Part shown: piece after piece, positions 52,036 to 61,464 of the stretch
Layout: each line of letters begins with the position of its first letter
How positions within the stretch are numbered: position 1 is the first letter of the stretch
DNA from: Bacillus subtilis subsp. subtilis str. 168
GTDB lineage: Bacteria > Bacillota > Bacilli > Bacillales > Bacillaceae
Direction: 5' to 3'
NCBI RefSeq assembly: GCF_000009045.1
Contig: NC_000964.3
Span: forward strand, 1,488,001-1,552,000
Length of the DNA: 64,000 nt
Notes under the pieces: generated by a model
Seen by the model: the letters and a program-made list of their open reading frames with translations, nothing else
Databases searched by the model: none
Told to the model about the DNA's origin: nothing
Made by a program: the position numbers and the translations under genes

Positions 52036-53601
52036 TTACAATCCAACAGCATTCCAGGCTGCTTCAACTTTAGCGGCATCAGTTGAGCCGTAGAGGTCAC
52101 GGGCAGACTGAATGAGAGCTGCCTTGGCATCTTTGAACGTGGAAGAAGGCGTGAGGTACGTTGTTAACGCACGGTAATAGATTTGCTGTGATTTAGATAC
52201 ACCAAGTTTTGTGATGGTGTTGTAAGCGGCTTTGTTTGGAATTCCGCTGTTTGTGTGTACACCGCCATAATCGCCTTCATCTGTGTTTGGAAGGTTTCGG
52301 TAATTGGCGTAATTGTCAGGCTGGTTGTATTTTGTAGGGTTGGACAGGCTGCGAAGAGCAGGCTGGCTGACCGTAATGTCTTCACCGATGTCCCAGTCTT
52401 CTGTATCGTTAAAATACCCGAATACGTCAGAGAAAGACTCGTTTAATGCACCTGGCTGATTTTCATAAATCAAGTTGGCTGTTTCTTGGGTGACGCCATG
52501 TGTCATTTCATGCGCTGTCACATCTAATGAGCCGGAAAGCGGAGAGAAGAATGAACCGTCGCCATCACCGTAAATCATCTGGTCTCCTGTCCATGCAGCG
52601 TTATTGTATTGAGTGCCGTAGTGAACGGAAGAAACGATTTTACTGCCTTTGTTATCATAGCTGTTTCGTTTAAAGTTTGAATAAAAATAATCGTACACTT
52701 TACCGAGGTTATAGTGTGCGTCAACGGCTGCCCGCTGTGATGAAGATGTAAATGTTTTCGTTGTGCTTGAGACAAGCGTGCCCGGAAGGCGGCTTTGTCT
52801 GTTTTGCAAATCATATGTGATGATTTGGGTGCCTGTTGGTTTTGAAAGATCTCTTAGAACATATTTTCCGCCTTCATAAGAGATGTTCAAAGGAACAGTT
52901 GCGCCCTTTAGCGTTGTTCCGCTTCCAGTGGCGGCGGCATGTTCTACTTTATTTTGCTGTTTTAAAATGCTGCCTGTTTCGGCGTCAACTAAGACTTCCC
53001 AGTTTGCAGGTTCAGGCTCGACATAGCGAATCGTCACGTCGTAAGCAAGACGATAGCTGCCGTCTTTTGTTTCTATCGCTTTTAATTCGGCTTTATTGCT
53101 GTTTTTGGCCGCTCCGTTAGAAACAGCGTCTGGTGATTTGCCGATAGCTTTGAAAGCGAGTGCCAGCGCTTTTTCAGAAGAGACTTTTTGGCTGTTATCT
53201 GTTTTTGCAGCAGATTGATTGTGTAATTCACCATTGACCGCATAGACATTATCGGATTTATCGACGTGAACGATCACTTGCGAATCTTTAATTGGCACTC
53301 CGTTAACGACAGGCGCATATCGAAAGTGCTTGTATCCAAGGGCATCAGTCGTGCTTTCAACAAGCTTCAGCCTTTTGGAAGGGTCACCTTTAAAAATGTT
53401 GCTGTTCTTTTTCAAAAACTGCTTGACAGCCTTGTCATTTGGTGCAGAGAGTTCTGATTGCGCAATCGCGTTTTTGGAGAGGAAATTTGTTTGATTCTCT
53501 TTAAGCTGATGACCTTCAGCAGCCTGAACACCTGGCAGGCTGATTGATAAACTCATAAACGAAGCAGCGACAGCAACAGACAATTTCTTACCTAAACCCA
53601 C
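52036..53601 (-). CDS. nprE: Extracellular neutral protease (bacillolysin, M4) preproprotein
   Basis: Signal peptide, FTP/PepSY propeptide, HEMTH and ALNESFSD. Confidence 0.98.
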   Translation of the reverse strand: MGLGKKLSVAVAASFMSLSISLPGVQAAEGHQLKENQTNFLSKNAIAQSELSAPNDKAVKQFLKKNSNIFKGDPSKRLKLVESTTDALGYKHFRYAPVVNGVPIKDSQVIVHVDKSDNVYAVNGELHNQSAAKTDNSQKVSSEKALALAFKAIGKSPDAVSNGAAKNSNKAELKAIETKDGSYRLAYDVTIRYVEPEPANWEVLVDAETGSILKQQNKVEHAAATGSGTTLKGATVPLNISYEGGKYVLRDLSKPTGTQIITYDLQNRQSRLPGTLVSSTTKTFTSSSQRAAVDAHYNLGKVYDYFYSNFKRNSYDNKGSKIVSSVHYGTQYNNAAWTGDQMIYGDGDGSFFSPLSGSLDVTAHEMTHGVTQETANLIYENQPGALNESFSDVFGYFNDTEDWDIGEDITVSQPALRSLSNPTKYNQPDNYANYRNLPNTDEGDYGGVHTNSGIPNKAAYNTITKLGVSKSQQIYYRALTTYLTPSSTFKDAKAALIQSARDLYGSTDAAKVEAAWNAVGL

Positions 53602-53644
53602 AATAAATCCCCCTTTTTGAAAATACTGAAAACTTTATATTGTT

Positions 53645-53673
53645 ATATTAAACTAGCATTCTGGAATACTCAA
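53645..53673 (-). promoter_or_regulatory. SigA promoter of nprE
   Basis: Minus strand TTGAGT-N17-TAATAT. Confidence 0.75.
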
Positions 53674-53700
53674 CAAAAACTAACATAACTAGACAAAATT

Positions 53701-53739
53701 GATAGTATTGTCCTGTGTTTGTTTTTGTTGAATAATATC
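53701..53739. promoter_or_regulatory. Two ScoC boxes upstream of nprE
   Basis: GATAGTATT (53701-53709) and AATAATATC (53731-53739) match RATANTATY. Confidence 0.65.
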
Positions 53740-53826
53740 AAGATGAGTCAAGTGTCATGTGGTGGTTCATTCAAGAGTTATGTTTTTTACATATCAAGGG
53801 GAAGATGAGATATTTTTGTTTCATCT

Positions 53827-53854
53827 TGAAACTTTTTGAAAAGTCCGCTGTCTA
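53827..53854 (+). promoter_or_regulatory. ECF-type promoter of ylaABCD
   Basis: TGAAAC, T-tract, 16-nt spacer, TGTCTA. Confidence 0.65.
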
Positions 53855-53885
53855 ACCGAATGAGGCCTTAATAAGAAGTAAAGGA

Positions 53886-55826
53886 TTGTTGTTCGTGTTG
53901 GAGTTATTCAGTCATTATGTATTGCATTTCGAACGTTATTTTATATTAAGCAGACAAAGCACCCTGCTGATTCAATGGTCAATTGTTGTTCTGGCGGGCT
54001 TATATCTTTTGGTGCATCATCCCAAAATAAACCGGCAGCGCACAATGTTCTTGGCGGGTGTTATATTGCGGATTGTGCTGCTGGCGGGAGTGTCTGTTGA
54101 ACTTATTCACCAGGTGCAATCAACAAACTTCACCAGCGCTTACTTAAGAGAGGACGGAAAAGAACTGCTGCCGCTGCTGCATTTTTTGTTATACGGATAT
54201 GTGCTGCTGACGGCTTTTCACTATATGCTGATGCCGCGTGATCATGGCGGAAAGGGTAAGTTTTATACGTTCGACCTTGCTGTTGTCAGTTTGCCGATCG
54301 TACAAATGATTTTTAGTTTCTTTTCGTATTGGAAGGAATACCCGGATGGGATGGAGCCGATTGCATTCGTGTTTCTGTTTTTCATCATCACTCTTCCCAT
54401 TGCGTTGAATGTAGTGTTTTTCAAGCTGTATTGGAGAACGGATAAGATCTTACTAGGCTTATTTTATACGCTGATTATCGGACTGCTTGTCTTGCTGCTT
54501 GCGCCATATCCCAATCAAATCTCAAAAGATTATGGTGCAGTAATGCCATATACGATTTATTTGGCAATGGCGGGATTTTTGATGAGCTATCATCTGTTCC
54601 AAAAGTCAGGAAAGGTTTATGTGCGTGTGAATAAGTGGGTGACGATGGCTGTCATGGTGTTTTTTGTCCTGCTGTTAAATCCGATATATAACATAGGAAC
54701 GGCTGCTTTCGCTGTATCAAAGCCAGCAAATGTCCATGATTCATTCAATTTTGTCGGGGAGCACATTTCATCAGAAAAAGCGGAACAGATACTAAAGTCA
54801 TTTTTTCCTACGGATGAAACACTTTATTTGCACGATACAAACATGGATGTGCATTATTTCTACTCATTTGAAAGCAAAGGTTACAAAGCTGAGGTAGATG
54901 AAGTATCGCAGCTAATTCGTAATTATGAATACTTACAAAAAGCACATGGGAAAAAGCTAACGAATCAGGAGTACAAGCGAAAGTCCATCGCTTTCCTTGA
55001 GCGACACGGACGTGTGTTACATAAGGATCATATCGAAACAAAGGTATCTCAAGAAGACGGCCAGACAGTCGTACGTATTTACCTGAAAAATCAACTTCAT
55101 AAAAAAGATCATGCTGATGATGGCGCGGTATTTTATTGGGAAAAGGAAACCTTAATGGGGTTTAGTGAAGATCCTTCGATTTATCAGCTTGACTCTCTTC
55201 TGCATGTTCATATAACGGAACAAGACATTCACGACAAAGTGGAACAAATGTTTACAGCGCTGAACATATCAAAACAGCCTTATCAGATCACTGATATTGA
55301 AAGCGACAGCCTGCTTGGAAGCATGGTGAGAGTTGAAACAAAAGTTGGAATTGTTTTGGAATTTGAGGGCGAATCAGGTTGTTTACATAGTCTTTCGCTT
55401 CCGATGAAAAAGAATATCTCAATGGCTAACAGCCGGCTGCAGCATCAGATATTATCGATCTTCGATGCTCGTGGATCAGAAAAGAAGAAAAAAAGCAGTC
55501 AGGGTGACATGGTGATGTATACTGATTCTTCTAAAACATATGAGTTTGTTGAAGCTCAAGGTCAGCTAAACGTTTATGTATACAGCGATACACCTGATCA
55601 GTCATTCCCCTATACGTATCGTAATGGAACATTGGCTTACGAAAAAGTAGCTTCTCTATATCAGGATGTCATTTACAAAAAGCGTATGCGTCCGATTATC
55701 GTTCAAAGAGGGGATGAACGGCATTATGCATGGCTGATCATTATTCAGCCGTTTGGTTCAAATCGCCATGATGCCTATGTAGTGGATGGAGAAACACAAG
55801 AGGTGAAAAGTCTTTATGAATCATAA
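53886..55826 (+). CDS. ylaA: Large polytopic membrane protein with an extracytoplasmic C-terminal region
   Basis: About eight hydrophobic segments in the first ~275 aa, then a soluble region; TTG start. Confidence 0.82.
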   Translation: MLFVLELFSHYVLHFERYFILSRQSTLLIQWSIVVLAGLYLLVHHPKINRQRTMFLAGVILRIVLLAGVSVELIHQVQSTNFTSAYLREDGKELLPLLHFLLYGYVLLTAFHYMLMPRDHGGKGKFYTFDLAVVSLPIVQMIFSFFSYWKEYPDGMEPIAFVFLFFIITLPIALNVVFFKLYWRTDKILLGLFYTLIIGLLVLLLAPYPNQISKDYGAVMPYTIYLAMAGFLMSYHLFQKSGKVYVRVNKWVTMAVMVFFVLLLNPIYNIGTAAFAVSKPANVHDSFNFVGEHISSEKAEQILKSFFPTDETLYLHDTNMDVHYFYSFESKGYKAEVDEVSQLIRNYEYLQKAHGKKLTNQEYKRKSIAFLERHGRVLHKDHIETKVSQEDGQTVVRIYLKNQLHKKDHADDGAVFYWEKETLMGFSEDPSIYQLDSLLHVHITEQDIHDKVEQMFTALNISKQPYQITDIESDSLLGSMVRVETKVGIVLEFEGESGCLHSLSLPMKKNISMANSRLQHQILSIFDARGSEKKKKSSQGDMVMYTDSSKTYEFVEAQGQLNVYVYSDTPDQSFPYTYRNGTLAYEKVASLYQDVIYKKRMRPIIVQRGDERHYAWLIIIQPFGSNRHDAYVVDGETQEVKSLYES

Positions 55827-56085
55827 AGAAAAAGAGTCTGTTTTTGTAGACTTATACGACCTGTATAAAGAAGGAGAGCTAGAGGATGAATCAATGGAAT
55901 GGATGAAACAGCATGAATCCCTATTTCAAAAGAATGCGGAAGACTTAAAGAGTAAAACTTGTTTAAAGAGAAGTCCCGGTGCTGAAGAAGAAAGCCAAAT
56001 CAGATATATGAAAGTATACCTGTCTTCCATGTATATCTGTTTCATTTTATTGGCCATTTGGATGACGGTGTGGTTTTATTTTTAA
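55816..56085 (+). CDS. ylaB: Small membrane-anchored protein, anti-sigma-like
   Basis: 89 aa, C-terminal TM helix; SD GAGGTG. Confidence 0.8.
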   Translation: MNHKEKESVFVDLYDLYKEGELEDESMEWMKQHESLFQKNAEDLKSKTCLKRSPGAEEESQIRYMKVYLSSMYICFILLAIWMTVWFYF

Positions 56086-56606
56086 TGAAGCATAGGGATT
56101 CCATTGAGGACTTGTATCGGCAGTATTATCAAGAAATTTTAAATTATTTATTCAGAAGGACTCATCATCTTGAAACAGCCAAGGACTTAGCGCAGGACAC
56201 GTTTGTAAAAGCTCTTAACGGTCTGGCTTCGTTTAGGGGGCATTCTTCCATCAGAACATGGCTCTACACCATTGCGCATCATACCTTTATCAATTGGTAC
56301 CGAAGGGATGTCAAATACCAATTTACTGAAATCAGCAAAAATGAAGGGTTAACGCAAACAACTTATGACCAGCCTGAACAGTATCTGTCACGGACGGTGA
56401 AAAGCGAAACACTGCGGCAGGAGCTCCTGAAGTTAAAAGATCAGCATCAATCCGTTTTGATTTTAAGAGAATTCCAAGAGCTTTCTTATGAAGAAATCGC
56501 TGAGATATTAGGATGGAGTCTTTCTAAGGTGAATACCACATTGCACCGGGCTAGATTAGAGCTAAAGAAAAACATGACGAAAAGTAGAGAGGAGGAGCGG
56601 ATATGA
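56085..56606 (+). CDS. ylaC: ECF RNA polymerase sigma factor
   Basis: Region 2 AKDLAQDTFVKA and TWLYTIAHH; region 4 LSYEEIAEILGWSLSKVNTTLHRAR; TAATG coupling with ylaB. Confidence 0.93.
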   Translation: MKHRDSIEDLYRQYYQEILNYLFRRTHHLETAKDLAQDTFVKALNGLASFRGHSSIRTWLYTIAHHTFINWYRRDVKYQFTEISKNEGLTQTTYDQPEQYLSRTVKSETLRQELLKLKDQHQSVLILREFQELSYEEIAEILGWSLSKVNTTLHRARLELKKNMTKSREEERI

Positions 56607-56896
56607 CCTGCTTTCTAGTAAGAGACCTGCTTCCTCTGTATCTTGAAGGTGATTGTAAAAGAGAAACGGAACACGTTATAGAAGAGCATTTAAAAATGTG
56701 CAGCAGCTGCAGAGACATGTATGACACGATGGCTGAGCCATTTGAATTGGAAAGCGAACAGGCCGTTGAGGAGGCTTATCTGCCGGAAGAAGAACTGCGT
56801 TTTAAACAGAGGTACTATGGATTACTGATCATGAAAGCTGCCTGCTGGTTTGGAGCGGCGGTTGCCATGATGCTGATCATCAAACTGCTGATATAA
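56603..56896 (+). CDS. ylaD: Zinc-binding anti-sigma (ZAS) factor
   Basis: N-terminal Cys plus HLKMCSSC (Hx3Cx2C) and a C-terminal TM helix. Confidence 0.92.
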   Translation: MTCFLVRDLLPLYLEGDCKRETEHVIEEHLKMCSSCRDMYDTMAEPFELESEQAVEEAYLPEEELRFKQRYYGLLIMKAACWFGAAVAMMLIIKLLI

Positions 56897-56932
56897 AAAA
56901 AGCGCTTGTCCGATTCCGGCAAGCGCTTTTTT
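56895..56932. terminator. Bidirectional terminator between ylaD and ylaE
   Basis: AAAAAGCGCTTG/CAAGCGCTTTTT. Confidence 0.88.
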
Positions 56933-56935
56933 ACA

Positions 56936-57547
56936 TTAAGCCTGGGGATGAATCATATCGTAAATAGCGGCAAGCTGTTCTTGTGACAGGGCACTGAAGA
57001 GTTTTTCATAAACGTCAGCTTGCAGTGGCGTTGCACCTGCTTGTAGCGCTGCGTCTTTATCATAGCTGTACACATCATCTTGTAGCACAATGGCTGCTTG
57101 AAGAATGTGAATCTTGAGAGAAACAGCGGAGAAAAATTGTTCAAGTGCAAGTGCTTCTTTTTCTGTGAAGCCAAGTTCAACTGCTTTTTCTGTATCAAAT
57201 TTGTAATTTCCATCCTCGAGATACACACATTGTGAAACAATGCTGAAAAATTCTGATGTCGATTCCCAGAGTGTAGCAATTACCTGAGCCTCTTCTTTTG
57301 TCATTCCTAACTCGACAGCTTTTTCGCTGTCAAAATAATATACACCGTCTTGTTCGTATATACATTGATTTAATATATCAATGAATGTATTGAGATCTTC
57401 GTTAGTGCTCGCCTGATGCTGGAGTTGAACAGCAGTGTTATCAACCGGTGTTTTTGCGCTGGCTGCATCAGGACCGAACGTTAATAGAGCAGCTGAGGTC
57501 ATTGCGGCAGTCGTTAACATAGCTTTTTTTACAAATGTTTTCTTCAT
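56936..57547 (-). CDS. ylaE: Secreted protein with three 45-aa repeats
   Basis: Sec signal ending DAASA; repeats centred on FD72, FD117 and YD162. Confidence 0.85.
   Translation of the reverse strand: MKKTFVKKAMLTTAAMTSAALLTFGPDAASAKTPVDNTAVQLQHQASTNEDLNTFIDILNQCIYEQDGVYYFDSEKAVELGMTKEEAQVIATLWESTSEFFSIVSQCVYLEDGNYKFDTEKAVELGFTEKEALALEQFFSAVSLKIHILQAAIVLQDDVYSYDKDAALQAGATPLQADVYEKLFSALSQEQLAAIYDMIHPQA
56981..57385 (-). repeat. 3 x 135-bp degenerate intragenic repeat in ylaE
   Basis: Exact 45-aa periodicity of Y.[FY]D.[ED][KA]A..[LA]G.T...A. Confidence 0.85.
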
Positions 57548-57759
57548 GTTTCTTCTCTCCCTTTTATGAATTGTGCTACAAATTCCATTATAGGGAGTAG
57601 TTTCCGGTGGAGGAATAGGCGCTATGGTATTTTATGTGTATCGTTGCCGAACTACTTTTTGAAGGCTGCACGTGTGATCGTTAGAACGATTGTCTATGTA
57701 TGAAGGCTGTTTTGCATCTTCCTGACTAAGAAACAGGGGAGATAAGGCTTAAAGAAATG

Positions 57760-57789
57760 AAAAACACCGCTTTCTTTGCGGTGTTTTTT
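57760..57789. terminator. Terminator after ylaF
   Basis: AAAAACACCGC/GCGGTGTTTTT. Confidence 0.8.
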
Positions 57790-57819
57790 GATTACAATGT
57801 CGCCGGCGGGGCAATGCTT

Positions 57820-58008
57820 TTAATCAAGCAAGCCTTGTTCGCGCATTTTCTTTTTTAATGTAAATCCGCCGCCCATGACAGCGCAAACAAGTACAATGCT
57901 GGCGATAATGCCTGCAGGGCTTTTTTCAGCGATAAAGACGCCGATCAGCATAATGCTGAAAACCGCTGCAAATGCAAATAATAGTAAAAGCCAATTCATT
58001 TTTTTCAT
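57820..58008 (-). CDS. ylaF: Small two-TM membrane protein
   Basis: 62 aa, two hydrophobic helices, basic tail. Confidence 0.8.
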   Translation of the reverse strand: MKKMNWLLLLFAFAAVFSIMLIGVFIAEKSPAGIIASIVLVCAVMGGGFTLKKKMREQGLLD

Positions 58009-58120
58009 AAATTCCATCCCCTTTTACGTCTTATATTAAGTTTACAGAAAAACGTGACGCTTTTAAAGAGGATGTGTGATATAATATGAAAGTTATCTAA
58101 TTTTTTTAGGAGATGAAAAA

Positions 58121-59959
58121 GTGAAACTTCGAAATGATCTTCGCAACATCGCGATTATTGCCCACGTTGACCATGGGAAAACGACTCTAGTCGATCAGCT
58201 TTTACATCAGGCTGGTACGTTCCGTGCCAACGAACAGGTTGCTGAACGCGCAATGGACTCTAATGATCTTGAACGCGAACGCGGCATTACAATATTGGCG
58301 AAAAATACTGCGATTAACTATAAAGATACACGTATCAATATTTTGGACACCCCTGGACATGCAGACTTTGGGGGAGAAGTAGAACGGATTATGAAAATGG
58401 TTGACGGCGTAGTGCTTGTCGTTGACGCATATGAAGGCTGTATGCCTCAAACTCGTTTTGTTCTGAAAAAAGCTCTTGAGCAAAACCTGAACCCTGTTGT
58501 TGTTGTAAACAAAATTGACCGTGACTTTGCTCGTCCAGAGGAAGTTATCGATGAAGTTCTGGATCTGTTCATTGAGCTTGATGCCAATGAAGAGCAGCTC
58601 GAGTTCCCAGTGGTATATGCTTCCGCGATTAATGGAACAGCGAGTCTTGATCCGAAACAACAGGATGAAAACATGGAAGCTTTATATGAAACCATTATTA
58701 AGCATGTTCCGGCACCTGTTGATAATGCAGAGGAGCCGCTTCAATTCCAAGTTGCCCTTCTTGACTACAACGACTATGTAGGCCGTATCGGAATCGGACG
58801 CGTATTCCGCGGCACAATGAAAGTCGGACAGCAGGTTTCTCTTATGAAGCTTGACGGAACGGCAAAGTCATTCCGTGTTACAAAGATTTTTGGTTTCCAA
58901 GGCTTAAAGCGTGTGGAAATTGAAGAAGCAAAAGCGGGAGACCTCGTTGCGGTTTCCGGGATGGAAGATATCAACGTTGGTGAAACGGTATGTCCTGTAG
59001 ACCATCAAGATCCGCTTCCGGTCCTTCGCATTGATGAGCCGACACTTCAAATGACATTTGTCGTGAATAACAGTCCGTTTGCAGGCCGTGAAGGCAAATA
59101 TGTAACGGCCCGCAAAATCGAAGAGCGTCTTCAATCACAGCTTCAGACGGATGTGAGCTTGCGTGTTGAGCCAACAGCTTCTCCTGATGCTTGGGTTGTT
59201 TCAGGACGCGGTGAGCTGCACTTGTCAATTTTAATTGAAAATATGCGTCGTGAGGGCTATGAGCTTCAAGTGTCAAAACCTGAAGTTATTATCAAAGAAA
59301 TCGACGGCGTACGCTGTGAGCCTGTTGAACGTGTGCAAATTGATGTTCCTGAAGAGCATACTGGCTCTGTAATGGAATCAATGGGTGCCCGCAAAGGCGA
59401 AATGGTTGATATGATCAACAACGGAAACGGCCAAGTCCGTCTCATCTTTACAGTTCCTTCCCGCGGATTGATCGGTTACTCTACAGAATTCCTATCATTA
59501 ACACGCGGATTCGGTATTTTGAACCATACGTTTGACAGCTACCAGCCGATGCAGGCAGGCCAAGTCGGCGGACGCCGTCAAGGTGTACTTGTGTCAATGG
59601 AAAACGGAAAAGCAACATCATACGGTATTCAAGGAATTGAAGACCGCGGTGTCATCTTCGTTGAGCCGGGTACTGAAGTATACGAAGGAATGATCGTTGG
59701 AGAGCATAACCGTGACAACGACCTTGTTGTTAACGTCAGCAAAATGAAACAGCAAACAAACGTCCGTTCTGCGACAAAGGATCAGACAACTACAATTAAA
59801 AAAGCGCGCATCATGTCTCTTGAGGAGTCTCTAGAGTACTTAAACGAAGATGAATATTGTGAAGTAACACCTGAATCCATCCGTTTAAGAAAGAAGATCC
59901 TCAATAAGAACGAACGTGAAAAAGCAGCTAAAAAGAAAAAAACAGCAGGATTGTCTTAA
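58121..59959 (+). CDS. typA: Translational GTPase TypA/BipA (YlaG)
   Basis: [24 protein letters not shown] and GRGELHL motifs. Confidence 0.97.
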   Translation: MKLRNDLRNIAIIAHVDHGKTTLVDQLLHQAGTFRANEQVAERAMDSNDLERERGITILAKNTAINYKDTRINILDTPGHADFGGEVERIMKMVDGVVLVVDAYEGCMPQTRFVLKKALEQNLNPVVVVNKIDRDFARPEEVIDEVLDLFIELDANEEQLEFPVVYASAINGTASLDPKQQDENMEALYETIIKHVPAPVDNAEEPLQFQVALLDYNDYVGRIGIGRVFRGTMKVGQQVSLMKLDGTAKSFRVTKIFGFQGLKRVEIEEAKAGDLVAVSGMEDINVGETVCPVDHQDPLPVLRIDEPTLQMTFVVNNSPFAGREGKYVTARKIEERLQSQLQTDVSLRVEPTASPDAWVVSGRGELHLSILIENMRREGYELQVSKPEVIIKEIDGVRCEPVERVQIDVPEEHTGSVMESMGARKGEMVDMINNGNGQVRLIFTVPSRGLIGYSTEFLSLTRGFGILNHTFDSYQPMQAGQVGGRRQGVLVSMENGKATSYGIQGIEDRGVIFVEPGTEVYEGMIVGEHNRDNDLVVNVSKMKQQTNVRSATKDQTTTIKKARIMSLEESLEYLNEDEYCEVTPESIRLRKKILNKNEREKAAKKKKTAGLS

Positions 59960-60015
59960 TCTCGTGCAGAATTTGAAAAGATAGAACCCGTACGTTTACA
60001 GGGGAGGGAATCTTT

Positions 60016-60333
60016 TTGAATGACGTAAGCGAACGCCTGTCGTTCTTCGCCGCTCTATATCAAGTAGACCGGCAGCCTGCGGCAGGCATGTGGCTGCTGT
60101 ACGGCACGATTTTTGTGTTGGCCGTTATTGTATTTAAGCTTGGATTTGCTAAACGGCTTCCTGTATTAAAATCTGCAGTGGTGTATGTATTTTTGGCTTT
60201 GGGCTGCACTGTTTTGACTTTTTTAGGGGTGTTTTTGCCCGTGGCAGAAGGATTGGTCGTCGCTGCGCTGATTTTAATCATTTACAAAATCCGGCTGTAT
60301 CAGTCGAAAAAAGGACAGTCTGCAAAATCATAA
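60016..60333 (+). CDS. ylaH: YlaH-like membrane protein
   Basis: Three hydrophobic segments; TTG after GGAGG. Confidence 0.82.
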
Positions 60334-60362
60334 AAGACTCAGCTGAAAGCTGAGTCTTTTTT
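60332..60362. terminator. Bidirectional terminator between ylaH and ylaI
   Basis: AAAAGACTCAGC/GCTGAGTCTTTT. Confidence 0.88.
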
Positions 60363-60388
60363 GTGTTCTGTATGGTTAAGCGGCCGCT

Positions 60389-60598
60389 TTATTTTTTGAC
60401 TTTTTCTTTTTTCTGCTGTCCCGGGTGAAAAGTAAATTTTCCCGTTTTCAGCCGTTCCTCTGTTTTTTTGGCAATCCGATCGTGGCATTCCTGGCACATA
60501 TATGTATGGATCGGGCGGTTTCGAAGCCGTTTCGCGATCAGGGTATCATCATCAATTGTTTCAATTTTATCGCAAATAGAACATTTGACCCTCATCAT
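60389..60598 (-). CDS. ylaI: Small zinc-ribbon protein
   Basis: CSIC...CQEC; SD GAGGTG. Confidence 0.82.
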   Translation of the reverse strand: MMRVKCSICDKIETIDDDTLIAKRLRNRPIHTYMCQECHDRIAKKTEERLKTGKFTFHPGQQKKEKVKK

Positions 60599-60680
60599 AT
60601 CACCTCTTTCACTAACATGTATTATACCACGGATCAGAAGCTGTCCAAAATAAGAAAAAGCTAAAGCGCAAGGCTATAGC

Positions 60681-61310
60681 TTAGTCATTGTTGTTCTTTT
60701 TCATATGATGATCAGATTGATCGTTTTGTTCCTTCTCCATTTCCTGTTGCTGTTTTCTATTTAATTGGTCATTTTGCTGCTTTGTTTGCGGTTCATCTTC
60801 ATTGTCAATCACATCGTTAGGCACTTCGGGAAGCACTCGGCCGACAATTGCAGCTAATTCATCCAGTATACCTGTTACCGGATGGCCCTCGCTGATTTCT
60901 CTGCTCATTTCGCGAAGGCGGCTGACCGTATCGGGATCAGCAATGACTACTGCGTTGGCGCCATATCGATCATTCTTTAGCGCCTGAGCTACAGAATATT
61001 TAATGGTTTCCACTTTGCTTCTGTCCAAAGTATCATCGACATCAATCCCAACAACAGCATAGCCTCCCAGCACAACGGCTGTTGCATCCTTGACGTCGGG
61101 GTTTTTTTCAGCAACGCTGACAAGATGCTTGGCAATATCCGTTCTTGTTCCATTGTCTTTTGTTTCTTGAGTTGTGTCCTTTACGTGAATCGGTTTAGTC
61201 TCCTGCTGTCTTGTTGATTCTTTTTCAACATTCTGGCCCTGTTTTCCTTGTTGATAGGCACAAGCGGACAGGATAAGTGTCAGCTGTATGATAATGAAAA
61301 GAATTCGCAC
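60681..61310 (-). CDS. ylaJ: YhcN/YlaJ-family sporulation lipoprotein
   Basis: Lipobox LSAC; VKDATAVV..YAVVGID motif. Confidence 0.9.
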   Translation of the reverse strand: MRILFIIIQLTLILSACAYQQGKQGQNVEKESTRQQETKPIHVKDTTQETKDNGTRTDIAKHLVSVAEKNPDVKDATAVVLGGYAVVGIDVDDTLDRSKVETIKYSVAQALKNDRYGANAVVIADPDTVSRLREMSREISEGHPVTGILDELAAIVGRVLPEVPNDVIDNEDEPQTKQQNDQLNRKQQQEMEKEQNDQSDHHMKKNNND

Positions 61311-61464
61311 TTGCGGGTTCCCTCCTTAAAATGCTTTCATTAATTTTATTGTTGAATTAACCTTCTATCTTTATGCACAAAAACATATATTTTAGCAGGC
61401 ATTCACCTTTTTCATCAAAAGAGAAGCAGGAAGAACTTTGACCCTTATATCAGGAGGCTGAGAC

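Noticed and set aside
51892-52130. 64-aa and 67-aa ORFs between yktD and nprE
   Set aside because: They cross the nprE terminator and 3' end, with no SD or recognisable features.
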